From: Octopus bimaculoides | Lineage: Eukaryota | Length of the DNA stretch: 64,000 bases | Direction of reading: 5' to 3' | Assembly (NCBI RefSeq): GCF_001194135.2 | Contig: NC_068991.1 | Location: 22,617,330-22,681,329 of the forward strand | In this document: positions 12,854-25,680 of the stretch, one piece after another | Layout: each line of letters begins with the position of its first letter | Position numbering within the stretch: the stretch's first letter is position 1 | Notes under the pieces: model-generated | The model's database searches: none | The model's input: only the letters and a program-made list of their open reading frames with translations | Told to the model about the DNA's origin: nothing | Translations under genes and position numbers: made by a program

Positions 12854-14829
12854 TCTGCTCCAGCACCAGTAGTAGTATCAATGTTTTCATCTGGAATGGT
12901 TGTACTACTTCTACTGCCTGAGTAGCTTGAGTTCACTGGTCTAGATGAAAGGTATTGATTCCTGCATCACAAAATAAATTAGGAATGCCAGTAATATGCT
13001 ATAATCTAGACAATTAATTTATGCACACACACCCTTTTTTTAATTATAAATTAGAGGATGAGGGAAAAGTACCCATGATTTCTGCAGGCTCTCTCAAGAC
13101 TGTGATTGATGCAGTTAATATTCAGGTTAATGTGTGTAATGAAAATGTGGGTGAGAAGAGGGTTCTAGTGGGAGGAAAAGTTTGAGCAAAGTTATTTAGG
13201 ACATGATTTTTGAGGGTGATGAGGAGAAGAAGCAGGAAGGTGTGTCAGGAGGACTCAGGTGAAGTGGAGATGTGCTATTATCTAGTATAAGGCAAAGTTA
13301 TCGATGTAGTAGATGCTGCAAGAGAGGAAACAATATCTATGAAGTAAAAGTTATTGTTTTAGCTTCTATCAGTCTTAATTGAACAGACTTATTGTCAAAT
13401 ATTCCACCTGTATCTATCCTAGCTTTTCATTTCTATATCTTTTTTCAAACATAGCGTATCTAAGGCTATATTACCTAATATGATTTTTCCTTTCTAAGAT
13501 GATGTGGGTGTAAATTGTGGGAGATTTGGCTACTACTTTTTGCAGGTACCTTTGACTCATATCATCTAGCATGAGTGTGATGGATGATACAAACCAATGA
13601 AAGGTCTTCTCTGTGGTCACTTGAGGTCGTATGTGTTGCAGAGTAAATCTTTGTCATTCAGTCAAATGGCCTTCTTTTGGATGTGACCCAGGGCAACGCT
13701 GCTCAGACTTGGTTTAGGATAGAACCCATTATACAATTTTCAAAAATTTGCAGAACCTATGCCTATATTTCGAAGACAGCCTCAGAATCAAAAATTGTTT
13801 TAAAGAATTGATGCATATAAAAAAAATTGTTTTTAAAACTTATAACTTATTTTCAAAATACCTCTTACTTCATGGTACCCTCGCATTTTTACAAAAGCAC
13901 TTGTAGACTGTTTGTGTGTGTGTGGTTGTAATAATACTAGGAATAGCAGCACTTTCATAAGTTATGTAAACTGTACTCCATTACTTGAGCTTTGCACACG
14001 TTCAGCAAATGATTTGATGGCTAAAATATTTTCTGACCTTCAAGTGAATGCCTTGAGAACTAGTCAGGTAGCTTGAATTTAGGAATTGTAGCAGCTGGTT
14101 GTCTGTTTATTTTCATATGCAGAAGTAGTGAGGTACAACACTGTTTCTTTGGTACATGTAGAGTTTGACTATAGTGAAAAAGATTATGTTGTCATTTCCC
14201 CCATTGTTTTTGAGGTGTGTTCATGAATGCAGTGCAGGTTTAGTGTGAGCTTTCCAGGATTTTTCTCTCTTTGTGAATGATGCCTTTGTGTGGATTGTTA
14301 GAGAAAAGTGAAAAGTGTTAACTGCATAGGTGTGTGTTGTTAGAAGTGCCAACAGGTAGGTATTTAACTCTAACTACTAACCCGTGTGAGACTGCCCTTA
14401 GGTTTATAATGCAAACTTCCTGTTTTAAAGTAATCCAAATTGAATCCTTTCATCGAAATTTCATGTTAATTTATGTTCCATTCACCAGTTTATTAATGTG
14501 GAAGCCATTTTACTACACTCTTCTTTATTTATTTCAACCAAAATATGGAAACTAAAGAGTTAATACATAGAACGAATTGTGCTGTGGAGCAGTCTGGAAG
14601 GAAGTTTGAAAGTAAATAAATAATAGAGAAATAGATGGATCCATAGACAGGCAACCCATCTAGGAGGTTCTCATATCAGACACAATCAAAGCTCTTGCTA
14701 GTGTCGGCTGCTGAGATATTGCTTTCAAATGAAATTTATGAAAATCAGTATCGAAACAAGCCTCTGGTAGATCTATTTCTGCAGAAACCATAGAACTGGG
14801 AATTAATTGAAGGAAAGAGAAAGGAAGAG

Positions 14830-15090
14830 AAAGACTACTTCTTTTACTCTTATTCTTTCTTCCTCCATTGTCATTCTCATTTTCTTTCTGCTCCTTTTCC
14901 TGCTTTCTCTCCTACTTCCTTTCCATCATTCCTATCCCCTTCCTCCTCGTTCATTCCCCCTCTCACATCATACTCTTCCTCTTTGTTCTCACTCCTTCCA
15001 CTTCTCGTAATCACTGTCTCTTCATACTCTCCCCTTCCCCCAAATCCTTCTCATTTTTATGCTCTTTCCCCTTCCCTCTTCTTGTCTCCA
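14830..15090. repeat. Polypyrimidine low-complexity tract
   Basis: Almost entirely C/T on the + strand; source of the spurious L/S/F/P-rich ORFs. Confidence 0.8.
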
Positions 15091-15905
15091 ACTACAAAGA
15101 AATCTGTTGCAATTAACCAAAGCTATCATTAATCTTATTCATTCCTTGCCTCGTATTCTTTCAACAAGGTTTCCATTATTATTATCATCAAGGTGCAGAT
15201 ATGATTGTGCACAATACTGGAGTCAGCCGACTTTATTCTAAAGAAGCTACTATGACTGGTTCCAGAACTGGAATACTGCTACCTTACCTGCTGTGTGTGG
15301 GATGAGAGAGCAGAATATATATTTTTTAAAACTAATTATTGTTATTCTATTGAGTGACATGTAGGTGCAGGTGTTAATATTGAAGGTTACATTGGAATAA
15401 TTGTAGTGTTGCTAGTTGTTGTTTAGCCCATGGCTGACCCTGATCCACTACATCTATGATCAAGCACTTTCCTAACAATCAACCTGTCTTTTGTTTTTCC
15501 TAATGGTAGTTCTTGCTCTACTCACCCACAAACTTTGTCTTGCACTAGCCCTCAGACATTAATAATAATAATGATCATGTGTCAGCTGATCCATTTTTCA
15601 GCCATAACTCTCATCCTCTAGGTAATTACTTGACCTGACAGAAAGAACAAACAAATCCTCATCAAACCATTCCTGGTTGTTTATTGTATATCACAATTTG
15701 TAAACAGAAATATAATTCGACCAATCACAGGTTCTGTGATTCAGAAGGAGTATCTAACTCAGTGCCAAACAAATACCTGTAGGAACTTCATTCATAATTG
15801 ATTTTTCTTATAATAATTGTATCCTTCGCCAATGTGTATAAGTGAAATATATATACACACGCGTGTGTGTGTGTGTGTATGCACATATATAAATGTGTGT
15901 ATATA

Positions 15906-17158
15906 TTGGGTCATCCCATAAATAATGCAGTTTTTTAATACTTTTACTTTTCAAAATTAAGATAAACTTCTTTTTTAATCTAAAATATACTCTCCTTCAT
16001 TTTCTACAAAGCTCTTTCATTTCCCTGGTAGACTTGCAAGACCTTTCTTTCAAAATTCACTTATCCATCACAAAAAATACTCCTCCAGTACTGTTCTGAC
16101 CTCATCTACAGAATTCATATTTTTTCCATCCAAATGATTTTGAAGACTACAGAATAAATGATTATCAGATGGGGCAATGTCTGGCAAATATGGTGGGTGG
16201 GACATCATTTCCCATTCAAACTGCTCCAGCCTTTTAAATGTTATCCTCACTGTATGTGGCCAAGCATTATCCTGATGGAAGAACACCTTTTGTCTTGAAA
16301 CCAAAGATGGTCGTTTTTCTTGTAGCGCTGACTTATGCTGCTCAAGCTCGCAATAGATTTCCTTTATCATTTGGTTTAAGCTTAAAAGTTCAAAGTGGAC
16401 TAAGCACCTCATATCCCACCAAACAGGTAACACCACCTTGCATAGATAAAGACCTTCTTTAGCCTGGGGTGCCTGTGTTTCTCCTTTCCCTGCCCACTGT
16501 CTTCAGCTTTTGGTATTTTTATGGAGAACCTGTTTCTGGCACCAGTCACTGTTCAGTCCAAAAAAAGGTTCATTCGTGAGATGTGATGGCAAAGAAGAGC
16601 ACACATTCATTCTCTACATGCAATTAGACTCAGAAAGTTTTTGAGGAACCCATTGACCCAATTTGCTGACTTTTCCGAAGGCATGCAGGTGTCGATGAAT
16701 GGTTGAATGACCAAATCCAAGATTCTCTGCTAATTCCTCAACAGTTACAATGGGATTTTGTTCCACCAGGGTTTGCAGGACATCCTCATCAAGCTCTACA
16801 GATCTTCCAGGATGAGGCTCGTCTTCTAGGCTGTAGTTTCTGGCTCGGAATTTCTGGAACCACCATTGACACTGGCTTACACTTATTATCTAATCCTCAT
16901 ATACTGCATTAATATTCTTCACTCTTTCTGTTGTGTTGTTGCCTTTATTGAACTCTTAAAACAAAATATGCTCCTTTGTCACTTCCATCGTAGTTTGTTA
17001 AAATTGAAGTGTACTTTTCAAAACTTACACTAAGAATAAGGACAAGGTAAAATTACTACCTGCTTTTATAGCAAGTTGATGCAGGTGGTTTATCCCATCC
17101 CCCTCTGACTTTTAGTTCATGCAATTGAAAAAACTGCATTATTTATGGGATGAACCAA
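15906..17158 (-). mobile_element. Near full-length mariner (DD34D-type) with decayed transposase, 1253 bp
   Basis: 31-bp TIRs TTGG(G/T)TCATCCCATAAATAATGCAGTTTTTT (30/31 identical) with TA on both sides. ORF 16068-16436 contains FHQDNAWPH and HPPYLPDIAPSDNHLF; upstream WFQKFR..YSLEDEPHPGR in broken frames. Confidence 0.95.
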
Positions 17159-17167
17159 TATAAATAT

Positions 17168-17427
17168 TGGACTGGCTCTTGTGCGGGTGGCACATAAAAG
17201 ACACCATTTCGAGCGTGGCCGTTTTCGTGCGGGTGACACGTAAAAGCACCCACTACACTCTCTGAGTGGTTGGCGTTAGGAAGGGCATCCAGCTGTAGAA
17301 ACTCTGCCAAATTAGATTGGAGCCTGGTGTAGCCATCCGGTTGCACCAGTCCTCAGTCAAATCGTCCAACCCATGCTAGCATGGAAAGCAGACGTTAAAC
17401 GATGATGATGATGATGATGATGATGAT
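17168..17427 (+). mobile_element. 3' end of (GAT)n-tailed retroposon
   Basis: GGCGTTAGGAAGGGCATCCAGCTGTAGAAAC...CATGCTAGCATGGAAAGCAGACGTTAAAC(GAT)n. Other copies at ~5298-5460 (-), 10075-10262, 24285-24497, 46560-46943 and 48558-48624 (-). Confidence 0.85.
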
Positions 17428-17789
17428 ATATATATATATGTATGCGTGTGTGCGTGTGTGTGTGTGGATGGATACAGGTAAATAGATAAGTAGATAGATT
17501 GACAGATTGAGTGTTAAGGTTCTGCAGTTTCTCTATAGCAAATTTCTCTCACACAGTTAACTTGAGGCTATGGTAGAAGACACTTGCCCAAGGTACAGCA
17601 CAGTATTATGAAAACTAGAACCACATGGTTGCTAACCCTGCTTTTTTTTTCCTCTTCCCCCCCCACTTCTGTTTTTTCAACTAAATGGTGTACTGGAGAT
17701 GGAACAAAAAATTATTGATGCACTTCAGGTAGGAAGTTTAGGAAAACTGTCTTCCATCCATCCATCCATCCATCCATCCATCTTCTCTG

Positions 17790-18095
17790 CCCACTACTCA
17801 TGGGATTGTCAGACCTCAATCACCCCTCCCCCTCCTAAGGATCCTGTCAGAAGCAGTTACCATTATACTTTTCAGCTGGATTCTCAAGTATGGCCAACTG
17901 AGACCATAGATATTATCCAAACTTTTCGTTCTTGGTCTACCCTTAGGTCTCCTGCTGGTTGGCTCAGCTTCAAGAATTTATCCTTGCAATTCTTTCCTGC
18001 AACACTCCAATCACATGTCTATAATACCAGAGCTGTGACCTCTCAATGCAGAGAAGTAGCAGTTTCACCTGGAGAGACTTCCTGATCTCCAAGCT
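17790..18095 (-). mobile_element. RTE-clade LINE 3' ORF remnant
   Basis: Minus-strand peptides EIRKSLQVKLLLLCIERSQLWYYRHV and RRPKGRPRTKSLDNI, typical of the RTE C-terminus; frameshifted. Confidence 0.7.
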
Positions 18096-18508
18096 ACACA
18101 CCTGGTTGAATTACCTTACTTCAGAGATTCTTCAGAGGAGCCCCATTTTAGTCACTTGTATTCACAATCATATTCTTCTGGTCATTGCCCAAAACTGTAT
18201 TAAAGTTGAGGAAAAATAGAAAGCTTTTGCTTACTATGTTTTATTAATCATACTTTTACATAGCAAAATTGTGAATAACATTATTTTTCAAAATGCTCAA
18301 ACATTATTAATATTGCCCTTCTCAATCTTTAAATTATGTTTTTAAAAAATCTGCAGGTCACTGTTTGAGAACCACTGCTATAGATAATTTTATACTGTGA
18401 GTGACCTTGTACTGTAGATCATTGTTTCTCAGCTTTTTCACTCTTGGGAAGTCCTTGAAATATACTCCATGTATCAGGGATTCCCTCCATGAGAATTACT
18501 ATATAGTC

Positions 18509-18934
18509 GCAGGAGTGGTTGTGTGGTAAGTAGCTTGCTTACCAACCACATGGTTCCGGGTTCAGTCCCACTGCGTGGCACCTTGGGCAAGTGTCTTCTA
18601 CTATAGCATCATGCCGACCAAAGCCTGTGAGTGGATTTGGTAGACGGAAACTGAAAGAAGCCCGTCGTATATATGTGTGTGTGTATATATATATATATGT
18701 GTGTGTGTGTGTTTGTGTGTCTGTGTTTGTCCCCCCATCATTGCTTGAAAACCAATGCTGGTGTGCTTACGTCCCCGTAACTTAGCGGTTCGGCAAAAGA
18801 GACCGATGGAATAAGTACTAGGCTTACAAAGAATAAGTCCTGGGGTAGATTTTCTCGACTAAAGGCGGTACTTCAGCATGGCCACAGTCAAATGATTGAA
18901 ACAAGTAAAAAGAGTAAAAAAAGAGTAAAGAGTA
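18509..18934 (+). mobile_element. tRNA-derived CORE-type SINE (family A)
   Basis: A/B-box-like head, CORE-like CACCTTGGGCAAGT, internal TA/TG microsatellite, GTAAAAGA tail. 17-bp direct repeat CATGAGAATTACTATAT at 18488-18504 and 18947-18963. Confidence 0.9.
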
Positions 18935-19471
18935 ATATGTCTGGAACATGAGAATTACTATATGTCTGGGACACCAGGGCCCATTGATCGGCCCAAGTGA
19001 TACAAGCTGAAAAGTCTTTGAGGCTGATCCATCGGCCCGATGAAACAAACATTTTGAAGTGTAACAGCCAATCAGAGATCATCTTTCTGTAGATATAATA
19101 TATAACTATATAATATATATAGTTTTACATACTAATAAGGTAGTTTTAGGCACTTTATCCTTTGTTTTCTACATGCACCCATCAATTTCAATCTTAACAG
19201 AAAGAAACATTTTGGTCGTTTTGGTTACACATACCAAAACACTGTGTCTTGAAAGGGTTAATAATTCTCTTTCTCTTTCATAAATTAAATTTCAGAAGAG
19301 TAAAACGAATAAAGCTTGTCTTTCAAAAATTTCTTAGTTCTAAATCCATCAGATACCACGAAGATAATTAACCCTTAAATTTTCATAGTTATTTCAGTAA
19401 TGATGTCAAATATCCACCAAAAAATGGAACTGGTATTTTCTGCAAGTCATGTTGCCTCAATAAGCTTGACA

Positions 19472-19713
19472 TATTCTTTTATTCTTTTACTTGTTTCAGT
19501 CATTTGACTGCAGCCATGCTGGAGCACCACATTGAAGTGTTTTTGTCAAACAATTCAACCCCAGGGCTTATTTTTAAGTTCAGTTCTTGTTCTATCAGTC
19601 TCTTTGCCAAACCATTAAGTTACAGGGACGTAAACACATCCACACCAGTTGTCAAGTGGTGGTGGGGGGGACAAACACAGATACAAAGACACACACACAT
19701 ACATGTGTGTGTG

Positions 19714-19744
<31 letters not shown>

Positions 19745-19872
19745 CCGACAGGCTTCTTTCAGTTTCCATCTATCAAATCCACTTAAAGGCTTTAGTTGGC
19801 CTGAGGCTATAGAAGACACTCGCCCAGGAACCATGTGGTTGGGAAGCAAGCTTCTTATCACACAGGCACGTC
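19472..19872 (-). mobile_element. CORE-type SINE family A, inverted copy
   Basis: Reverse complement of 18509-18934. Confidence 0.88.
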
Positions 19873-21944
19873 TTCACCTTATATCTCGGCAAAAAATAAT
19901 TTCAAATGTGACATTCCTCAACAAAAGATAGATTGTGCCTTCTGAAGTTAAAGATAATGAAAATTTTAGTGGATATATCTGATTTCTACAGCAAAAGGAT
20001 TAAGTAATTTTATCTTAAACCAAAACCTTGTTTAGACCAAACTCTTCTATAATTCCCTATTAATCACTACTGTATTGTTTTTTTTTTATTACATACAGAA
20101 GCCAGGACTTTTTTTTACCTTAATGAGTTTGTCATGAGTGTATATGATAAAATTACAAATATAGAATTAAACATAAAAATGATTCCAAATGATTTGTATA
20201 TAGATAGCAATATTTATCACTGTTTTTTTTGTGGTGTCTCATTGAACCCTAGGGTTCCTAGAACCTTAATTGGAAATGCTGCTTCAGTCAGAATAAACTT
20301 CAGATAGAATAGAATGACACAGTTTCATTTTTCCTTCATTAGATTATGTCCTTTGCCTCTGTCAAAAATCAATATGCTATCATGGTGGCATAACTTGGAA
20401 ACATAACGTTGTGTTGATCCAGTATTGATGTACTTAGCACTTTTAAATGAAGGGTTAAGTGGTGCAACTGTTGCGCATGTTCTGTTTGATATGTTTATTG
20501 CATGCAACATGTTGTATTCAGTTGAGTTTTTATTTGTTTTTTTTCTTTGCTTCTGAATGACATTGCTAACTGTAGTACACTTTGTGTAGGTAGTGCTACG
20601 TTTGTACTGGATGATGAATGAAGCAATTATTGCAAATGTCAACTTTCAGTTAAATACTACACACAGAGCAAATGACATGTCGAAATGTGTAGAGTGCACC
20701 CAAATGTCACTACCATGTATAATATTTTCTGTTCTTCTCTCTTACTCTCTCTTCCTCTCTCTCTCCTCTCACTCTCTCTGACACAACAAATGCTTGTCTA
20801 GGCAATTATGAACCAACCCATTTTGAAGCTAGGCTGACACTTGTACATTTTTTCATCTCCCAATGCTTACTGATTGGTGTACTGTTTACTGGTACAGATT
20901 ACAGGAAGCACCACCTTTTATTTATTTTTTTTTTTTCAGCTAATGTCTCTCATTTCATACCTGCAGAGGACAGACGGTTTACTCACTTTTAAATCAAGGC
21001 ATTATAAAGAGTAGTTGAGCTTTTTAAGCCAAGGTGTCAACACTTGGCTTGCTCTCACTGCTTAAGTGTGTTTTTCTTTTTCTTTGGATTTCTTAGCTAA
21101 CAATCTATCCAACTGCATCTCTCTATATTTCTGAATGTAATAGATATAGATATATATAGGTATGTGTGTATGTATGTATGTATGTATAGTTTACCATATT
21201 CAAGCTCATTTCCATTTCTCTGTGTATATCAATCAATATTTTAGTCAATTAATCAATCAACATTATAGTTTCCACCCTTTCATCTTTATATTTCTAACAA
21301 GTTGTCTGCCAAGAGTGTTTCACCAGTTTTCAATGTAATCAAGGTTTTGGACGGATTTAGTAAATTCTCTCTCTCTCTCCCCCTCCTCCCCTACCCCATC
21401 AGTATTTATAGCTTTATCTACTTTAAGTTCCATCATTAAAACTGACTTATTTCATGTCTTTCGGTGTTTCTAAATTCTTATGATATATTCCTATATAATT
21501 AAGTTGGTGTCAGCTTGCTGAAATCTTATGCTGTCATTCACATTGCACTTTGCTTGGTTTGAAACCTGTTTGGTAAGGCCATACTGGAGTCCCATATAGG
21601 CGTTTCAATTGGGATTTTTAAATTCGTACATTGGTACAGGTGATATTGGTCAGTTTCATATTCATTGATGTTTGGTGTGATATACGGAGAACTATCAACT
21701 GTTTTTTTTGCAGGAACCCATCTATTTACCCTTGTGTGTGTGCTGTTTGTTTGATGATGATGATAATAAACTGAGTTGCACTTGTTCAACAAGTGATATG
21801 ACCTGAATGTTGGAATTATTACAATTGCTTTGCATTTGAGTCAGCTTTTAAACACACATACACAATTCTATCCACTTTTACTTTGTTGTTATTTTATGAT
21901 AATCAACTATATGTTTATGAGGTGTGATACATCTGTGACATAAC

Positions 21945-22840
21945 TTGGCAATGGGCTGGACAATCATTAGAGCACCAGAAGAAATGCTTTGCAGAATTTC
22001 TTCCAACTTATTACGTTCTATGTTCAAATTCTGCCAAGATCAACTTTGTCTTTCATCCTTTTGGTGGTTGATAAAATAAATACTAGTCAAGTACTGGTGT
22101 CAGTGTAATTGACTAACACACTCCCCTTAAATTGCATGCCTTATGCGAAAAGAATTATTATTTAGAGCAATGAGCTAGCAGAATCATTAAGCATGTCAGA
22201 CAAAATTCTTAGTGGCATTTCTTCTGGCTTTATGTTCTGAGTTCAAATTCCACTGAGGTTGATTTTGCTTTTCATCCTTACAGGGTCAATGAAGTAAAGT
22301 ACCAACGAAGTACTTGAGTCAGTGTAACTGATTTACTCACTCCTTAAAGATTGCTGGTTTTGTGTCAAAATTTTAAATAATTATTAAGACAGGGAGCTGA
22401 CAGTGTCATTAGTGTTGGACAAAATACACTGTAACATTTCTTTTGGCTCTCTACATTCAGAGTTCATATCTTGCCAAGATCAGCTTCGACTTCCATCCTT
22501 TTGAGGATTGGTAAAGTAAAGTACCAGTCAGTTACTAAAGTTGATAGTTAAACTAACCCTCTCCCCATAAAATTGCTGGCCTTCTACCAAAATTTTAAAA
22601 AAATATTATTATTAAAAGGTGTGGAACTGGCAGAATCATCAGTGCAGCTCCGAAAGTGCTTATTGGCATTTCCTCCAGCTCTTTATGCTCTGAGATCAAA
22701 TTCTGCTGAGGTTGATTTTGTCTTACATCCTTTCAGGGTTGCTAAAATAATTGCCATTTGAGCAATGAGGGTGATGTAATTGACTTAGAGCCTTCTCACT
22801 ATAATTGTTGTCTTTGTGCCAAAATTTGAAACAATTATTA
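21945..22840 (+). mobile_element. Four head-to-tail copies of tRNA-derived SINE family C (ATT-tailed)
   Basis: ~225-bp units starting near 21945, 22165, 22388 and 22617, each with GAGCTGGCAGAATC head, GAGTTCAAATTC B box and TTTCATCCTTT..GGTCGATAAA centre; joined by ATTATT. Confidence 0.85.
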
Positions 22841-23518
22841 TGACGTATGTGCGAGCACGCACACACAATTTCAGCTATTTCCTCTGGCCATGTAACATTA
22901 TTACCGCATGATCTCTCATTTCCTTCTCTTGAGAATGTGTCAGCTGGAAATCTATCAGAGTGTGATATATTAAACAGATCAAAATATCACTAGTATTTAC
23001 ATTCAATTCAAGAGAACACCACACACACACATTTTGTCCATAGTATAACTTCATCATTTTAGCCTTTCATTTGCTTGATACTGAAGCGAGTCACATACTC
23101 CTACTTCAGATTGTGATTTCTTACTGAGACAATGTTCCCTTGTAGAAGTCTAAAAGACAAACATGAAGCAGATAATGTAGCAATACAAGTTATCAGCTCT
23201 TTGAAGCTTACACCAGTTACATCCCAGTCTCAGCTACGATGGCTTTTGAGGTTTGCTTATTCTAGTCATGTTCACAGCATGAAAGAGTGTTACTATTGAA
23301 AGTGCTTTATTAAAAAGAGCAATCCGTTTCACATTGTGTTTTGGTAATTCCCTGAAAGCAATCAATAATCCTTCTTAATAAATTACACTTGGCAACCTTA
23401 TTCTTAAAAAGCAGAAAAGAAAAACATGTAAAATTGTCTTGCACATTTGTCATTATTGCAAAGTTTATGTTACATAAATGTACACATTTATATATGTTGT
23501 GTATATATTTATGTGTGA

Positions 23519-23561
<43 letters not shown>

Positions 23562-24043
23562 TCAGTAAATAGTGGGGTTGTGTTAACCGCATGTGAAGAA
23601 ATAATAGGAAAATGAGAAATAATAATAAAGCAGAATGCTAAACTGGAAGCATATTTTAATAAAGATTTCTAACCGGCTTTCATTGCATGGCAAATTATCA
23701 AGAAGAGGGAGAATGAAAATGTTTTTTACAAAAAAGTAAAAAATGAAAAAAATAATATATAAGAAAAATAATATATAAAAAAATAAATATACCAATACAT
23801 TATATTGTCTTTGAGCTTTTAAAGTTCAATGGTAATTCATGTAGATAATGGTTGGAAAGATAAGGATGCATGAAAATTGAGTTGTTAGGTTTAAAAAAAA
23901 GAGAAAAGGAGCTAAAAGTTTGTGTTAAGCAGGAAGTGTGGTGTCAAAACAGGAAGTGTGTGTAAGGGGAGACAAATCTTTTTAGTTGGAGTTATGAACT
24001 CTTTTTCAACAGGAAGTTTATGTCTGTTCCTAGAGAAATAAGG

Positions 24044-24268
24044 TCACTGAGGGGTATGTGTGTTAAGAAATGGTTGGAATTTCTCTATGAAAAGATTCTC
24101 CTTGTTGATTCTTTCTTGTGTGAAGATTCTGTCTGTACATGCGGCAGCATACCTGTTTCTGTCTTCAACTTTGATCTCTTTCTCTGGCCATTTCAGTCTC
24201 TCTGTCTCACTATAACCTTTCACCATCTGACACAAGATCAATTCCTCCAATGCCCCCTCCCCTCTCAA
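24044..24268 (-). pseudogene. Possible Penelope-like GIY-YIG endonuclease C-terminal remnant
   Basis: The peptide end QERINKENLFIEKFQPFLN resembles the E..FI.KF.P.LN terminus of PLE endonucleases. Weak. Confidence 0.3.
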
Positions 24269-25680
24269 AAGATTTTTGTCTTACAAGTTACTCGGTGACC
24301 TGTCAGTGCAGGTACCACTTAAAAAGCACCCAGTCCACATTGTAAAGTGGTTGGCATTTGAAAGGACATCCAGTTGCAAAAAATCCTGCCAAAATGGTCA
24401 CAGAAATCTGATGCAGGCTTCTGCTCATCTGGCTCCTGTCAAACTGTCCCACCCATGCCAGCATTGAAGGTGGACATTACATGATGATGATGATGATATA
24501 TATGTATATGTATATATCTGTAATGTGTGTGTGTGTGTGTGTGTGTGTTTGCATTTAAATATGAATTTGTGATGTATGTATGTTCATCTTATTAGTATAT
24601 TTTCTAGAATGGGAGTACTGTTTTCTAACAAAGAAACCAACTTTCCATCATTGGTGTTTGGATCACAACAATGATAATTGTTACATATGAACAATAAGAA
24701 AGTTTTGCAGATTTTTACTGTTTCTCTTAGGCATTTACTAACATAACCACTTGCACTAGTGATTATTAGAATGAATGTAAATTTATAGTCAGGGTAGGAG
24801 TTGTCCATAGGTATTCTTCCTCTTCCTGATTTTGGAAGAGATGTTCACATTTGCAGAACAGCTAGCTTCTATGACTACATGGCCTTTCTTTTCTGTCCCA
24901 AATAACTATATATGTAGAGTCTATTATGTTTACATTTGGTAGAAACTTTGTTAGGAATGTACCACCAATAATCTTTGTGCTGTTATTTATGTATTCCATA
25001 GCAAAGATTTATTAAATACTTATCATAGGACACTCTTTTTTCTATGGATGACATTATTTATTGTTTTAGCAACATCATGTCATAGGTAGTATCCAGACTT
25101 TTTTGGACAGCTGCTGATTCCATGTGCTATATCCTCTACAGAAGAGTGACATAATTGATACTTGCAGTTGCATCTTGAGGTTTTAAGACTTTACTGTCCC
25201 ATTTGTTTATGAGATATTTTCAAATTACCTCTTGCACTTGCATTGCAATAGCATAACCTTATAGATTTGATGTGATGTAATGGTCACAAGTCCAGGAGAG
25301 GCTATACTTTTCACATTAATATTCTCATCCTTTCCTAGTTTACAGGAAACAAATCCATATGTAATCTTTTTGTGGTATGCAAAGTATTTTTCTTTTAGAT
25401 CTTTGCTGAGATATGCAAACCCTACACTTCTGGATTCATACAAGAGGTTTGGCCACTTAATTTTTCAGCATTTTATTGATGTATCTATTTTTGCTGCCTC
25501 TTGTTTTATAATGGTGCTACCTAAACAATATTGTACTACACTTGAAGGCTGCCTTTGCTGATCTTAAGTCACTTCCTCCCACTTTCCCTCAGAGATGTGT
25601 ATGTGTGCGTGTGATTGTATGTATGTATATATGAATAAATAAATTCAATTAGTTTGGTTAAATTCGTATGTTGTGAGGGA

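Noticed and set aside
14700-14770. Peptide EILLSNEI resembling the PACS RILRSNEI motif
   Set aside because: Surrounding residues do not match PACS and there are no proper splice sites.
20462-20520. Imperfect hairpin (TGCAACTGTTGC...GCAACATGTTGTA)
   Set aside because: Stem is short and interrupted; not adequate for a pre-miRNA call.
23146-23250. Plus-strand open frame SLKDKHEADNVAIQVISSL... after a TAG acceptor
   Set aside because: No convincing donor and no PACS similarity.
25225-25443. Minus-strand 72-aa ORF ending at an AG|GTAATT donor just downstream of the CpG island
   Set aside because: Weak acceptor and no recognisable protein; cannot be supported without RNA data.
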